Shown piece by piece: positions 10,564 to 19,596 of a stretch of DNA of 64,000 bases. Position 1 is the first letter of the stretch; each line of letters opens with the position of its first letter. This DNA comes from an uncultured delta proteobacterium. Lineage in GTDB: Bacteria; Desulfobacterota; Binatia; UTPRO1. The notes beneath the pieces were generated by a model that worked only from the letters and a program-made list of their open reading frames with translations, was not told the DNA's origin and searched no databases. The translations under genes were made by a program, and so were the position numbers. The stretch lies in contig CAVZDH010000005.1 of the NCBI GenBank assembly GCA_963774015.1, positions 275,133-339,132 on the forward strand, in the 5' to 3' direction.

Positions 10564-11388
10564 ATGGCTCTCAACATCAGCACCAACGTCGCGTCGCTGA
10601 ACGCGCAGCGACACCTCGAGGAGTCGAGCGGCGTCCTCAACAAGTCGCTCGAGCGTCTATCGTCCGGTCTCCGCATCAACAGCGCCGCAGACGACGCCGC
10701 CGGTCTCGCCATCGCCGACCGGCTGCGCGCCGACGTCCGCATCGCCACCCAGGCGGTCCGGAACGCGAACGACGGCATCAGCGCCATCAGCATCGGTGAA
10801 AAGGCGCTCGGGAAGAGCGGCGAGATTCTCGCCCGCCTGTCCGAGCTCGCCTCGCAGTCCAGTACGGGAACCGTCAGCGATTCTCAGCGCAGCGCGCTGC
10901 AGGAAGAGTTCACGGCCCTGGTGTCCGAAATCGACCGGATTTCGAACACGACCACGTTCAACAGCGTGAATCTGCTGTCGGCCGGCACCACGGTCGCCTT
11001 GCAGATCGGCCTCGACGGCTCGACGGACAGCCGGATCTCTTTCACCACCGTCGACGGCTCGTCGAGCGGCATCGGGCTTTCCGGCATCTCGGTGTCGACG
11101 GCAGACGCGGCGCAGTCCGCCCTCGGCGCGATCTCCTCGGCGATCGCGACGGTGGCAAGTCGTCGTGGCTCGCTCGGCTCGATCCAGAGCCGGCTCAACA
11201 CCGCGATCGCGAACCTGCTGGTCGCGCGTGAGAACTTCTCGGCCGCCGAGTCGCGCATCCGCGACACGGACGTGGCCGAGGAAACGGCAAATCTGACCCG
11301 CACCACCATTCTGCAGCAGGCGGGTGTCTCGGTGTTGGCGCAAGCGAATCAGCAACCGTCGCTCGCGCTGTCGTTGCTCCGAGGGTAG
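10564..11388 (+). CDS. fliC: Flagellin (minimal, 274 aa)
   Basis: MALNISTNVASLNAQRHL, ERLSSGLRINSAADDAAGLAI, AAESRIRDTDVAEE, ILQQAGVSVLAQANQ; SD GGAGG. Confidence 0.98.
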   Translation: MALNISTNVASLNAQRHLEESSGVLNKSLERLSSGLRINSAADDAAGLAIADRLRADVRIATQAVRNANDGISAISIGEKALGKSGEILARLSELASQSSTGTVSDSQRSALQEEFTALVSEIDRISNTTTFNSVNLLSAGTTVALQIGLDGSTDSRISFTTVDGSSSGIGLSGISVSTADAAQSALGAISSAIATVASRRGSLGSIQSRLNTAIANLLVARENFSAAESRIRDTDVAEETANLTRTTILQQAGVSVLAQANQQPSLALSLLRG

Positions 11389-11405
11389 TCGGTCTCTCGA
11401 TAGGC

Positions 11406-11451
11406 TCACGAGGCCCGCCGGCTCGCGCATGCGCGCCGGCGGGTCGCGTGA
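11406..11451 (+). terminator. GC-rich hairpin after fliC (partial terminator or mRNA stabiliser)
   Basis: TCACG..GCCCGCCGGC..GCCGGCGGGT..CGTGA inverted repeat with no U-tract. Confidence 0.5.
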
Positions 11452-11466
11452 AAGGCGACGTTTACG

Positions 11467-11796
11467 ATGTCCGTCACACGAGTGGAAGGCACGCGGCCGC
11501 TCGAGGCCGTCACCACGATCGCGCCGCATCAGCCGCGGACGGGGGAGCCGTCCGCCAAACACGCCCCCGCCGACCGGCCGGCGGCGCAGAGCCCCGAAGA
11601 GAAGCCCGCGCCGGTGTCGATCTTCAAGCCGTACTCGCTGTCGTTTCGTTTCGAGAAGGAGCTGAATCGGGTGGTGGTGAAAGTGATCGATCCGGAGACC
11701 GGCGAGCTGCTGCGCGAAATCCCGCCCGAGTCCGTGATCGAGGCGCTCAAGCAATTGCGAAAGGCGCCGGGCACTCTGGTGGACGAGGAGGTCTAG
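11467..11796 (+). CDS. flaG: Flagellar protein FlaG
   Basis: LSFRFEKELNRVVVKVIDPETGELLREIPPE...GTLVDEEV; between fliC and fliD. Confidence 0.93.
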   Translation: MSVTRVEGTRPLEAVTTIAPHQPRTGEPSAKHAPADRPAAQSPEEKPAPVSIFKPYSLSFRFEKELNRVVVKVIDPETGELLREIPPESVIEALKQLRKAPGTLVDEEV

Positions 11797-11802
11797 CGAG
11801 GT

Positions 11803-13191
11803 ATGGGAACCATCACGATCGGCGGTCTCGCGACCGGCATCGACACGGAGAGCATCGTGACGCAGCTCGTGGCGCTCGAGCGCCAGCGCAGCATCACGCC
11901 GCTCACGACGGACCAGACCAACGCCACCGCGCAGCAGATCGCGTTCCAGACCTTCAACGGCAAGCTCGCCACGTTCCTGACCGCGATCAACAAGCTGAAG
12001 AACCCCGACGACGTCCTGCTCCGGCAGGTCAGCTCCAGCGACGAGACGGTGCTGACCGCGGCGGCCGACACCGGCGCGCATGCCGGCACGACCGAGGTGA
12101 CGGTCAACCATCTCGCGCGGCCCGCCATCGCCACCTCGGCGAACGGCAAGGCCGCGGCGACGTCCACCGTCGCGAGCGGCAGCGGCACGTTCGCGTTCCG
12201 GATCGGTCCGACCGGGCCGGTGCAGACGATCGCCGTCGACGCGACGACGACGCTCCAGGACCTGGCGAGCGCGATCAACACGCTCGACGCGGGCGCGAGC
12301 GCGTCGGTGGTGAACGTCGGGACGACCGCCAGCCCGGACTACCGTCTCCGCCTCGGCAGCGATCAGAGCGGGACGGGCCAGGCGGTCAGCATCGTGACCG
12401 ACGACACCACGCTCGGCGTCGCGGTCACCCAGTCGGCGCTCGACGCGGAGTTCACGGTGAGCGGCTTCACCGACCCGCTCACGCGCGACAGCAACACCGT
12501 GAGCGACGTGATCCCGGGGGTGACGCTGAACCTGAAGGCGGCCGGCGGTCCCGTCAACGTCACCGTCACCGCCGACAGCAACGCGATCGCCGGGCAGGTC
12601 GATGCCGTCGTGCAGGCGTTCAACGACGTCGTGACCTTCGTCGACGGCGAGAACAACGTGACGCAGGACACGAGCAGCAGCGACCGGACCGTTTCGCTCG
12701 GCCCGCTCGCGCTCGACAGCACCGTGCGCGGCATCCTCGACTCGCTCCATCGCTTGATCTCGGATCCGACCACGGGCGGATCGAACGGCGGGGTCTACAG
12801 CGTGCTCGCCCAGGTCGGCATCACCACGACCCGCGACGGGACGCTCAGCTTCGATCAGGCGACGTTCCAGACCGAGCTCGCGGCGCGCGGCTCGGACGTT
12901 GCGAAGCTCTTCGGCGGCACGACCACCGACAAGGGCATCGCCGACCGTCTGTCCGACTACCTGACCGCGGTCACCCAGTCGGGCGGCCTGATCGACGTCC
13001 ACAACACGGCGATCAGCGACCAGCTGAGCTCGCTCGAGGATCGCATCGCGGCCGGTCAACGCAATCTCGACAGCTTCGAAACCAATCTCCGGGCCCAATT
13101 CACCAGTCTCGAAACCCTGGTGCAGTCCCTCAAATCGCAGGGAAGCTTTCTGACCAGTGCCCTCGGGACCAGTACCCTCGGGAGCAACTAA
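11803..13191 (+). CDS. fliD: Filament cap protein FliD
   Basis: GLATGIDTESIVTQLVALER, SNTVSDVIPGVTLNL, LRAQFTSLETLVQSLKSQGSFL. Confidence 0.96.
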   Translation: MGTITIGGLATGIDTESIVTQLVALERQRSITPLTTDQTNATAQQIAFQTFNGKLATFLTAINKLKNPDDVLLRQVSSSDETVLTAAADTGAHAGTTEVTVNHLARPAIATSANGKAAATSTVASGSGTFAFRIGPTGPVQTIAVDATTTLQDLASAINTLDAGASASVVNVGTTASPDYRLRLGSDQSGTGQAVSIVTDDTTLGVAVTQSALDAEFTVSGFTDPLTRDSNTVSDVIPGVTLNLKAAGGPVNVTVTADSNAIAGQVDAVVQAFNDVVTFVDGENNVTQDTSSSDRTVSLGPLALDSTVRGILDSLHRLISDPTTGGSNGGVYSVLAQVGITTTRDGTLSFDQATFQTELAARGSDVAKLFGGTTTDKGIADRLSDYLTAVTQSGGLIDVHNTAISDQLSSLEDRIAAGQRNLDSFETNLRAQFTSLETLVQSLKSQGSFLTSALGTSTLGSN

Positions 13192-13589
13192 TGATCTCGG
13201 CACAGACGACCGTCCACCACTACCAGCAGGCCCAGTTCCAGACCGTCGATCGCGGGCAGCTCCTGCTCATGATGTTCGACGGCGGCGAGCGTTTCCTCGC
13301 GCAGGCCGAGCAAAAGCTCTCGGGCGGCGACGTGCCGGGCTTCCTGCACGCGCTCGGGCGCGGCCAGGCGGTGATCGCCGAGCTGCTCTCGACGCTCGAC
13401 CATCAGCGCGGCGGGGAGATCGCCCGCAACCTCGAGCGCCTCTACCGCTTCATGCTGACGCATCTGCTCGAGGCGAACATGGCGAAGAGCGGCCGCCACG
13501 TCGGCCAGGTGCGCCGGCTTCTCGGCATCATCGGCGGCGCCTACCGCGAGGTGCTCCGCAACGGGTTGCCGCAGCTCGATGTCGCCTGA
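13191..13589 (+). CDS. fliS: Flagellin export chaperone FliS
   Basis: ATG overlaps the fliD TAA. YQQAQFQT..QLLLMMFDG, ELLSTLDHQRGGEIARNLERLYRFM. Confidence 0.93.
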   Translation: MISAQTTVHHYQQAQFQTVDRGQLLLMMFDGGERFLAQAEQKLSGGDVPGFLHALGRGQAVIAELLSTLDHQRGGEIARNLERLYRFMLTHLLEANMAKSGRHVGQVRRLLGIIGGAYREVLRNGLPQLDVA

Positions 13590-14001
13590 GACCGCATCGC
13601 CGCTCGCCGTCACGCAGCGGGCCATCGGCCTCTGGAACGAGGTCGCGGCCGCCTACGACGCGATCGAGCGCCGGCTCGGGGCCGGGGCGTGGGAGGGGTT
13701 CGACGAGGTGGCGGCGCATATCGCCGCGCTCGAGGGCGAGCTCCGGCCGTTGCTCGCGACCATCAACGCGATGCGCGCCGAGGAGGGCGCGGCCGACGCC
13801 GAGGTGGTCGAGCTCTGGCACGAGCTCGACCTCATGGTCGAGGCGTTGGCGCGACGTCAGAAGCAGCTCGAGATCGCCGCCGTCAGCGCGCGCGACACGA
13901 CGGCGGCCCGCCTCGTCCGGACGCGCATCGCCCGCTCGCGGGTCGCGGGATACACGCCGCTCAATCCGCTGTCGCCTCTGATCACGTCGCGACGGGTCTA
14001 G
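13579..14001 (+). CDS. Helical protein, probable FliT-like chaperone
   Basis: 140-aa amphipathic helices directly after fliS, with a C-terminal ...AGY motif. Family call is positional. Confidence 0.55.
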   Translation: MSPETASPLAVTQRAIGLWNEVAAAYDAIERRLGAGAWEGFDEVAAHIAALEGELRPLLATINAMRAEEGAADAEVVELWHELDLMVEALARRQKQLEIAAVSARDTTAARLVRTRIARSRVAGYTPLNPLSPLITSRRV

Positions 14002-14004
14002 TAG

Positions 14005-14143
14005 CAGGTTGCTGAAAAAGGCCGATCTGCGTCGTTGCTCGGTCGCTCACTTGCCTGCCCTCGAAGGAGGGTGCGGCGTAGCTCCGCTACGCCTCCGCGT
14101 TCGCTTCCTCGCGCCTCGCACCTCGACCTTTTTGAGCAACCTG
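14005..14143. mobile_element. MITE/REPIN-like non-autonomous element
   Basis: Terminal inverted repeats CAGGTTGCTGAAAAAGG / CCTTTTTGAGCAACCTG (16/17) and a central GGCGTAGC-TCC-GCTACGCC hairpin. Related core at 58476-58598. Confidence 0.72.
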
Positions 14144-14194
14144 TCGGGGCTGCCACGTGCGCATGGTGGGCGCATCGCTTCGCTCGCGCCGACA

Positions 14195-14935
14195 TCAAAC
14201 AAATGCTTCTGACGAAGAGCAAGGCGCCGCTGCGCGCGGCGCGAGGTAGAGCTTTCGCCCGCCGGCGCCGTGGCGATTGAGATCCGCGACGACCTGATAG
14301 TGCGCGTGCTCGGCGAGGAATGCCTCGACCGCCGACGTCACGCCCGGGTAGCGCGGGTACGCGAAGTCGTCGACCGCGATCACGCCGCACGGCACGAGAT
14401 GCCGCGCGCTGAGCTGGAGATCCTGCAGGCACGCCGCGTGCGCATGCGCGCCGTCGACGTGGATGAAGCGGAACCGTTCGCTCGGCGCCAGCGCGAGGCG
14501 ATCGCTCGTGGTGCGGTACGTGACGACCCGCCGCTCGTCGAGGTCGGGAACGACGCTCGTGAGGTTCGCGAGCAGGCGCGGGACCGTCGGCGCGTCGCCG
14601 TATTGCTCCGCGACGTGGAGGTCGAACGGGTCGCAGACGTGCAAGCGCTCGCCCGGCTGTAGGCCGCGCGCGAGGATGCAGGTCGAGCGGCCGTGATAGC
14701 TGCCGATCTCGAACACGTCGCCGCGCACGCCGAGCAGCGATTGCATCGCGAGGACCAAGGTGAAGTGCGCGCAGTCGTCGATGTTGAACCAGCCGGGGAG
14801 GCGCGCGATCCGCCGGAACGCTTCCGAGAGCTCGCTGTCGATCGCCTCGGGGTGGAAGCTCGTGGTGTTGCAAGCCGGGGGCTCCGCGGCGGCGGCCGCC
14901 GGCGTCGGTTTCGGGAGGGCCAGGTGGAGGGCCAT
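14195..14935 (-). CDS. Class I SAM-dependent methyltransferase (Methyltransf_24-like)
   Basis: Start ATG 14935. VFEIGSYHGRST, FIHVDGAH, GVIAVDD. Confidence 0.85.
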   Translation of the reverse strand: MALHLALPKPTPAAAAAEPPACNTTSFHPEAIDSELSEAFRRIARLPGWFNIDDCAHFTLVLAMQSLLGVRGDVFEIGSYHGRSTCILARGLQPGERLHVCDPFDLHVAEQYGDAPTVPRLLANLTSVVPDLDERRVVTYRTTSDRLALAPSERFRFIHVDGAHAHAACLQDLQLSARHLVPCGVIAVDDFAYPRYPGVTSAVEAFLAEHAHYQVVADLNRHGAGGRKLYLAPRAAAPCSSSEAFV

Positions 14936-14946
14936 CGGTTGCTCGA

Positions 14947-17900
14947 TCAGGCCTGCGCCGCCGCAGGGCCGGTCGTCTGGCTCACTCCGGTCGCGTGCGC
15001 GATCCGCTCGATCCACCGCCGCACCGACGGGTCGTCCGGCCAGTCGCGGGTCGCCTCGAGGAGGCTGCGCACGGTCGTGCCGTCGTCCTCCTGGAGGGCC
15101 CGCTGCAGCCGCGCCACCCGTTCCCAGCGCTCGCGCTCGTGCGCGTCGGTGATCTGCGTCAATACCTTCCGGTCGGTGCCGTCGGGTGTCCGCACGCACC
15201 AGCCTTCCGGTACCAGCACGACGTCCTCGTCGCCGATAGCGGTGCCAGCGCGCGCCCCAACGCTCGAGCAGGCGTCGCCCGTTCGCACTCGTCGTGGGTC
15301 TTGCGTCCGGGCGTCTGGCTCTCCAGGTGGTAGAGCGTGCTCGCGGGCTGGTACACGACGCGGCCGCCGCGCTCGCGGACCTGGAGGCAGAAGTCGACGT
15401 CCTCGTAGCCGTTGCGGTAGCCCTCGTCGAAGCCGCCGAGCGCCTCGAAGACCGAGCGGCGCACCGCCATGCACGCGCCCGTCACGCACTGAGAGCTCGC
15501 GGCGCCGGTTCACGGGCGGAAACGCCGCCGGTACGCGGCCGAAGACGTGGTAGGGCAACAGCGTGTCGCGGGCGAAGACGACGCCGGCGTGCTGGATCGT
15601 GTCGTCCGGATAGAGGAGCTTGCTGCCGACGACCGCGACGCTCGGGTCGGCGTCGAGCTCGGCGAGAAGCGGCGTCAACCATCCGGGCATGGGCACGGTG
15701 TCGTTGTTGAGGAAGACGAGATGGCGCCCGCGTGCGGCGCGCGCGCCCTGATTGCACGCGACCGCGAAGCCGAGGTTCTCGGCGTTCCGGATCACCTGCA
15801 CGTCGCCGCCGAGCGCGGTAAGCAGGGTCGGCGTGGCGTCGGTCGAGGCATTGTCGACGAGGATCACCTCGAAGGTCGCACCGGCGGTGACCTCGGCGAG
15901 CTTCACGAGGCACTGCTCGGTCAGGTCGACGCGGTTGAAGAGCGGAATGATGATGGAGCAGTCGAAGCCGTCGCGGGGCGTGGACGCCGCGGCGGCAGCC
16001 GCCGAAGGGCCGGCGGTCGCGCTCGCGCGGAGAGCGGCGAGGAAGCGCGCGCGCGCCTGCTCGACGTCCGGATGCCCCGCGGCGTCGGCGGCGGTCCGGG
16101 CGTAGATGATCTCGGCGGTGCGCAGGAACTCGGGTTGCGTGCCGCTCGTCATCGACGAGCCGTCGAGGCGGTAGGTGAACTCCGCCGTGATGCTCGGCGA
16201 CGTGCTGGAACGGGAAGCGCGCGGACAGGCGGAGCCAGAGGTCCCAATCCTCGTGTGCCCGCAGCGACTCGTCGAAGCCGCCGACCGCGAGCCAACTGCT
16301 GCGCGCGTGCATGGCGCAGAGCACCGGAAACTGATTGTTCACCAGCAGGCGGGCCCGGTCGAAGTCGTTCGAGTACGGCCGGTCGCGGGCGACCGTGCGA
16401 TAGCGGCCGTCCTTTTTCACCTCGACGACGCGGAGGGCGTCGCTGTAGACGACGCGCTCGGGTTGCTCCTCGAGGAGCGGCACGAGGGTCTCGAGGTGCT
16501 CGGGGTAGAAGCGGTCGTCGTCGTCGAGGTATGCGACGAAGCGGCCGCGCGCGACGCCGAGGCCGCTGTTGCGGGCGGCCGCGAGGCCGCGGTTCACGGC
16601 GTGGCGCACGTAACTGATGCGTCCGCCGTGGTCGAGCGCGTCGATGACGTGCTGAACGTCGCTGCCGCAGTCGTTCACGACGATGATCTCGAAGTCGCGA
16701 TAGGTCTGGGCGAGGATGCTCTCGAGCGCGACCCGCAGCGTGTCGGGTCGGTCGTGGGTCGGGACGATCACCGAGACGGTCGGGCGTCGCACGCCGGGCG
16801 CGTGCAGCTCGAGGCTCGCCGCCGCCGGCGCCACGGGAGCAGCGGGGGCGGGACGCGGCGGCGTCGAGGACGCCGGACGCGGTGCAGCCGCCGGCAGCGC
16901 CCCGAGCGCGGCCGGGCTCGCGGCCGCCGCCCCGCCGGCCGCGTGTGCGTCGGGATCCGTGAGGGCGTAGACGCGCCGAAGCGCGCGCTCGCGTTCGAAG
17001 AGCTCGACGCCCGTGGTGTCGATGCCGAACGGTTGCAGCGCCATCGCGAGATCGACGCGCTCGCCGGTCGCCGCCGCTTCGAGGGCCATGACGAGCCGGC
17101 GGACGTCGGTGTGTGCGACGCCGCGGAGCGGCTCGAGGCAGCGGCGCACCTCGGTGCAACGTCCGAGACGGCCGCACGCGATGGCATAGTTCGCGACCGC
17201 CACGGGCTCGGGGCGTACGGAGCAGGCGGCGTCGAGGAACGCGGCCGCGAGCTCGAGCGGCGCCCACGGCGACCGCAAGAGCGCCGTACCGAACTCGGCG
17301 CAGGCGTGCAGCTCGGCCTCGCCGCGATCGCGGCACGCGGCGAGCGTCGGAAAGAGCTCCTCGATGTCGAGCTTCCCGCGGCGCGCGATCGCGTTCCGCA
17401 CGACCTGGCGGCTCGCCGCGGCGACGCGCTCGCGCTGCTTCACGGTCATGCTGTCGGCATGGACCCGGTAGTAATAGAGCATCTCGGGCACGTAAACGGC
17501 GGGCGTGCGCTCGACGATGCGGAGCCACATGTCCCAGTCCTCGGCTCCTTCGAGGGCGGGATCGTAGGTGCCGACCGCCTCCTGGCAGCTCCGCCGGTAG
17601 AGGAAGGAGGCGATGCCGGGGTTCTGCTTAAGAGCGAGCGTACCGTGACCTCCTGGTCGCGGTGGATGCCGGTGATGCGGCCTTCGTCGTCGATCCACGC
17701 GAACGCGGAGTATGCGAAGCCGGCGTCGGGGAAGCGGTCGAGCGCGCCGACGAGCGCCTCGAGGAAGAGCGGTGCGCAGTGGTTGTCGGCGGACGTCCAG
17801 GTGAGGAGCTCGCCGCGGGCGTGCGCGAAGCCGGCATTCAGCGCGCCGCGGGCAGCCGGCGATTCTCCTGGTGCACGACCACGATCCGCGGATCGCTGAG

Positions 17901-19583
17901 CCCGTCGAGGTACTCGCTTCGTGCCGTCGGTCGAGCCGTCGTTCACGATCACGAGCTCGAAGTCGCGTGGAGGTCTGCGCCAGCACGCTGCGGATCGCCT
18001 CGGGGAGGAACCGCAGATGGTTGTAGACGGGCAGGACGACCGACACGCGCGGCGTACCGCTACGGGGCGGCGACGGTCGCGCCGCCGCGGCGGTCGCAGG
18101 CGATGCCGGCGGTGCGGGCGCGGCGACGGCCGGCGGCGGGGACGCGACGGCCGGAGATGCGGCGGGACGCGCCGGCGGCTCCGCGAGCAGCCGCGCCGGC
18201 AACGGCAGGCGCGACAGCACGACGATCGGGCGCGCGTAGTCGGCGCTCTGTCCGAGCACCTCGCCGTACGGCATCGCGAGGCCGCGGCTGATGCGCTCGA
18301 CCTCGGACTCCCACGAGCGGCCGTCGTAACACTCCGGTTGGCTCGCCATCTCGAGCATCACGTAGGCGGGCTTGAGGGCCGCCAAGTCGGCGAGGAAGCG
18401 CTCCTTGTTCCGGATGTGATGGTAGACCGAGTAGATCGTGACCAGGTCGATCTGCCGACCGCCGAGGCGCTCCGCGAGCGAGTCCTCGCCGCCGACGGCG
18501 CAATGGAACTCGGCGTTCTCGACCTTCGCGAGGAAGGCGAGCACTTTCGCGAGCTCGACGTACTTGTCGTAGGCCTCGACCCCGATCGAGCGCCGCACCT
18601 CCGGGCGCCGGGCCATCGTGATGTTGAACATCCCGAGGTTGGCGCCGATGTCGAGGTGCGTGTACGGCCGGTCGAACAAACGCGCGCCGACGGCGGCGAT
18701 CATCGGCACGCGCGGATCGTCGGCGGGTCGTTGGCCCGCGATCGTGAGGCCGGGCACCTGGATGGTCTGATAGACGCGCTCGTCGCGGCCGTGATCGAGG
18801 GTCGCGAGGAAGGGGCACGACGAGTCGAAGTTGCACGGACTGGATCAGCTCCTCGAGCTTCGGCTGCACGAGCGCCGCGAAGACGGCGTGCAGGCGCTCG
18901 AGGCAGGTGAGGCCGGGGAGGCGTCCCGGCGCGTCGGGCATCGTCCCGACGTCGCCCTGGCCGGTGCGGCCGACCACGTCGAGCGAGCGCTGCGAACGGC
19001 ACCGTTTGCGCGACCTCGCGCGCCTCTTCGAAATCGACGAGCACCGGTGCGGTGCCGCGGAACATGAGGTTCTTCTCGTGCACGTCGGTGTGCACGACGC
19101 CGCGCTCGTAGAGCGTGCGTACCGCCGCGGTGACGGCGTGCGAAGACGTCGGCGAGGGCGGCGGCACCGAGCGTCGGGCGCCACCGCCTCGAACGGCGCG
19201 AGCCATTCGAGCAGCAGGAACGCGTGGTCGCCGTCCTCGGCGTACCCGTACACGACCGGCACGAACGGGGCGCCCGCGAAGCGTTGCAGCTGGCGCTGCT
19301 CATTTCGGAGCGACGGCTCCGACGAGAACTCGGGCTCCGACTCGAGCTTGCTCTCGATCGTCACGGCGAGGTGCTTCACCTTGAGAAAGTAGGTCGCCGT
19401 CGCGGTCGTCACCCGGAAGAGCGAGGCGCCGCCGCCCGGCTCCCAGGGCCGCGCGAGCGGCGTCAGCTCGTAGGGAACGTCCGAGAGGAGCGCGCGCAGC
19501 ACGCGGGCGAGGCGCGCCGGGTCGTGATGGATCGCGTCGAGGTGATGGTGCTTGGCGTCGAGGGCGACGGGGTTGAATTGCAT
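14947..19583 (-). CDS. Multidomain ~1540-aa protein: kinase-like + WbdD-like methyltransferase + three GT2 glycosyltransferase domains (interrupted by ~12 frameshifts)
   Basis: Stitched across frames. Kinase: YFLKVK, LLLEWL, VVHTDVHEKNLMF, LVDFE. MTase: YQTI, LDIGANLGMF, SVYHHI. GT2a: VSVVLPVYN..VNDGSTD..WTSADN..EDWDMWLR. GT2b: VSVIVPTHDR..VNDCG..YLDDDD..EDWDLWLR. GT2c: SIIIPLFN..VDNASTD..FLNNDT..VTGACM..EDVDFCL. No in-frame stop on the stitched path. Confidence 0.78.
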
Positions 19584-19596
19584 GGGCCTTGGTCCT

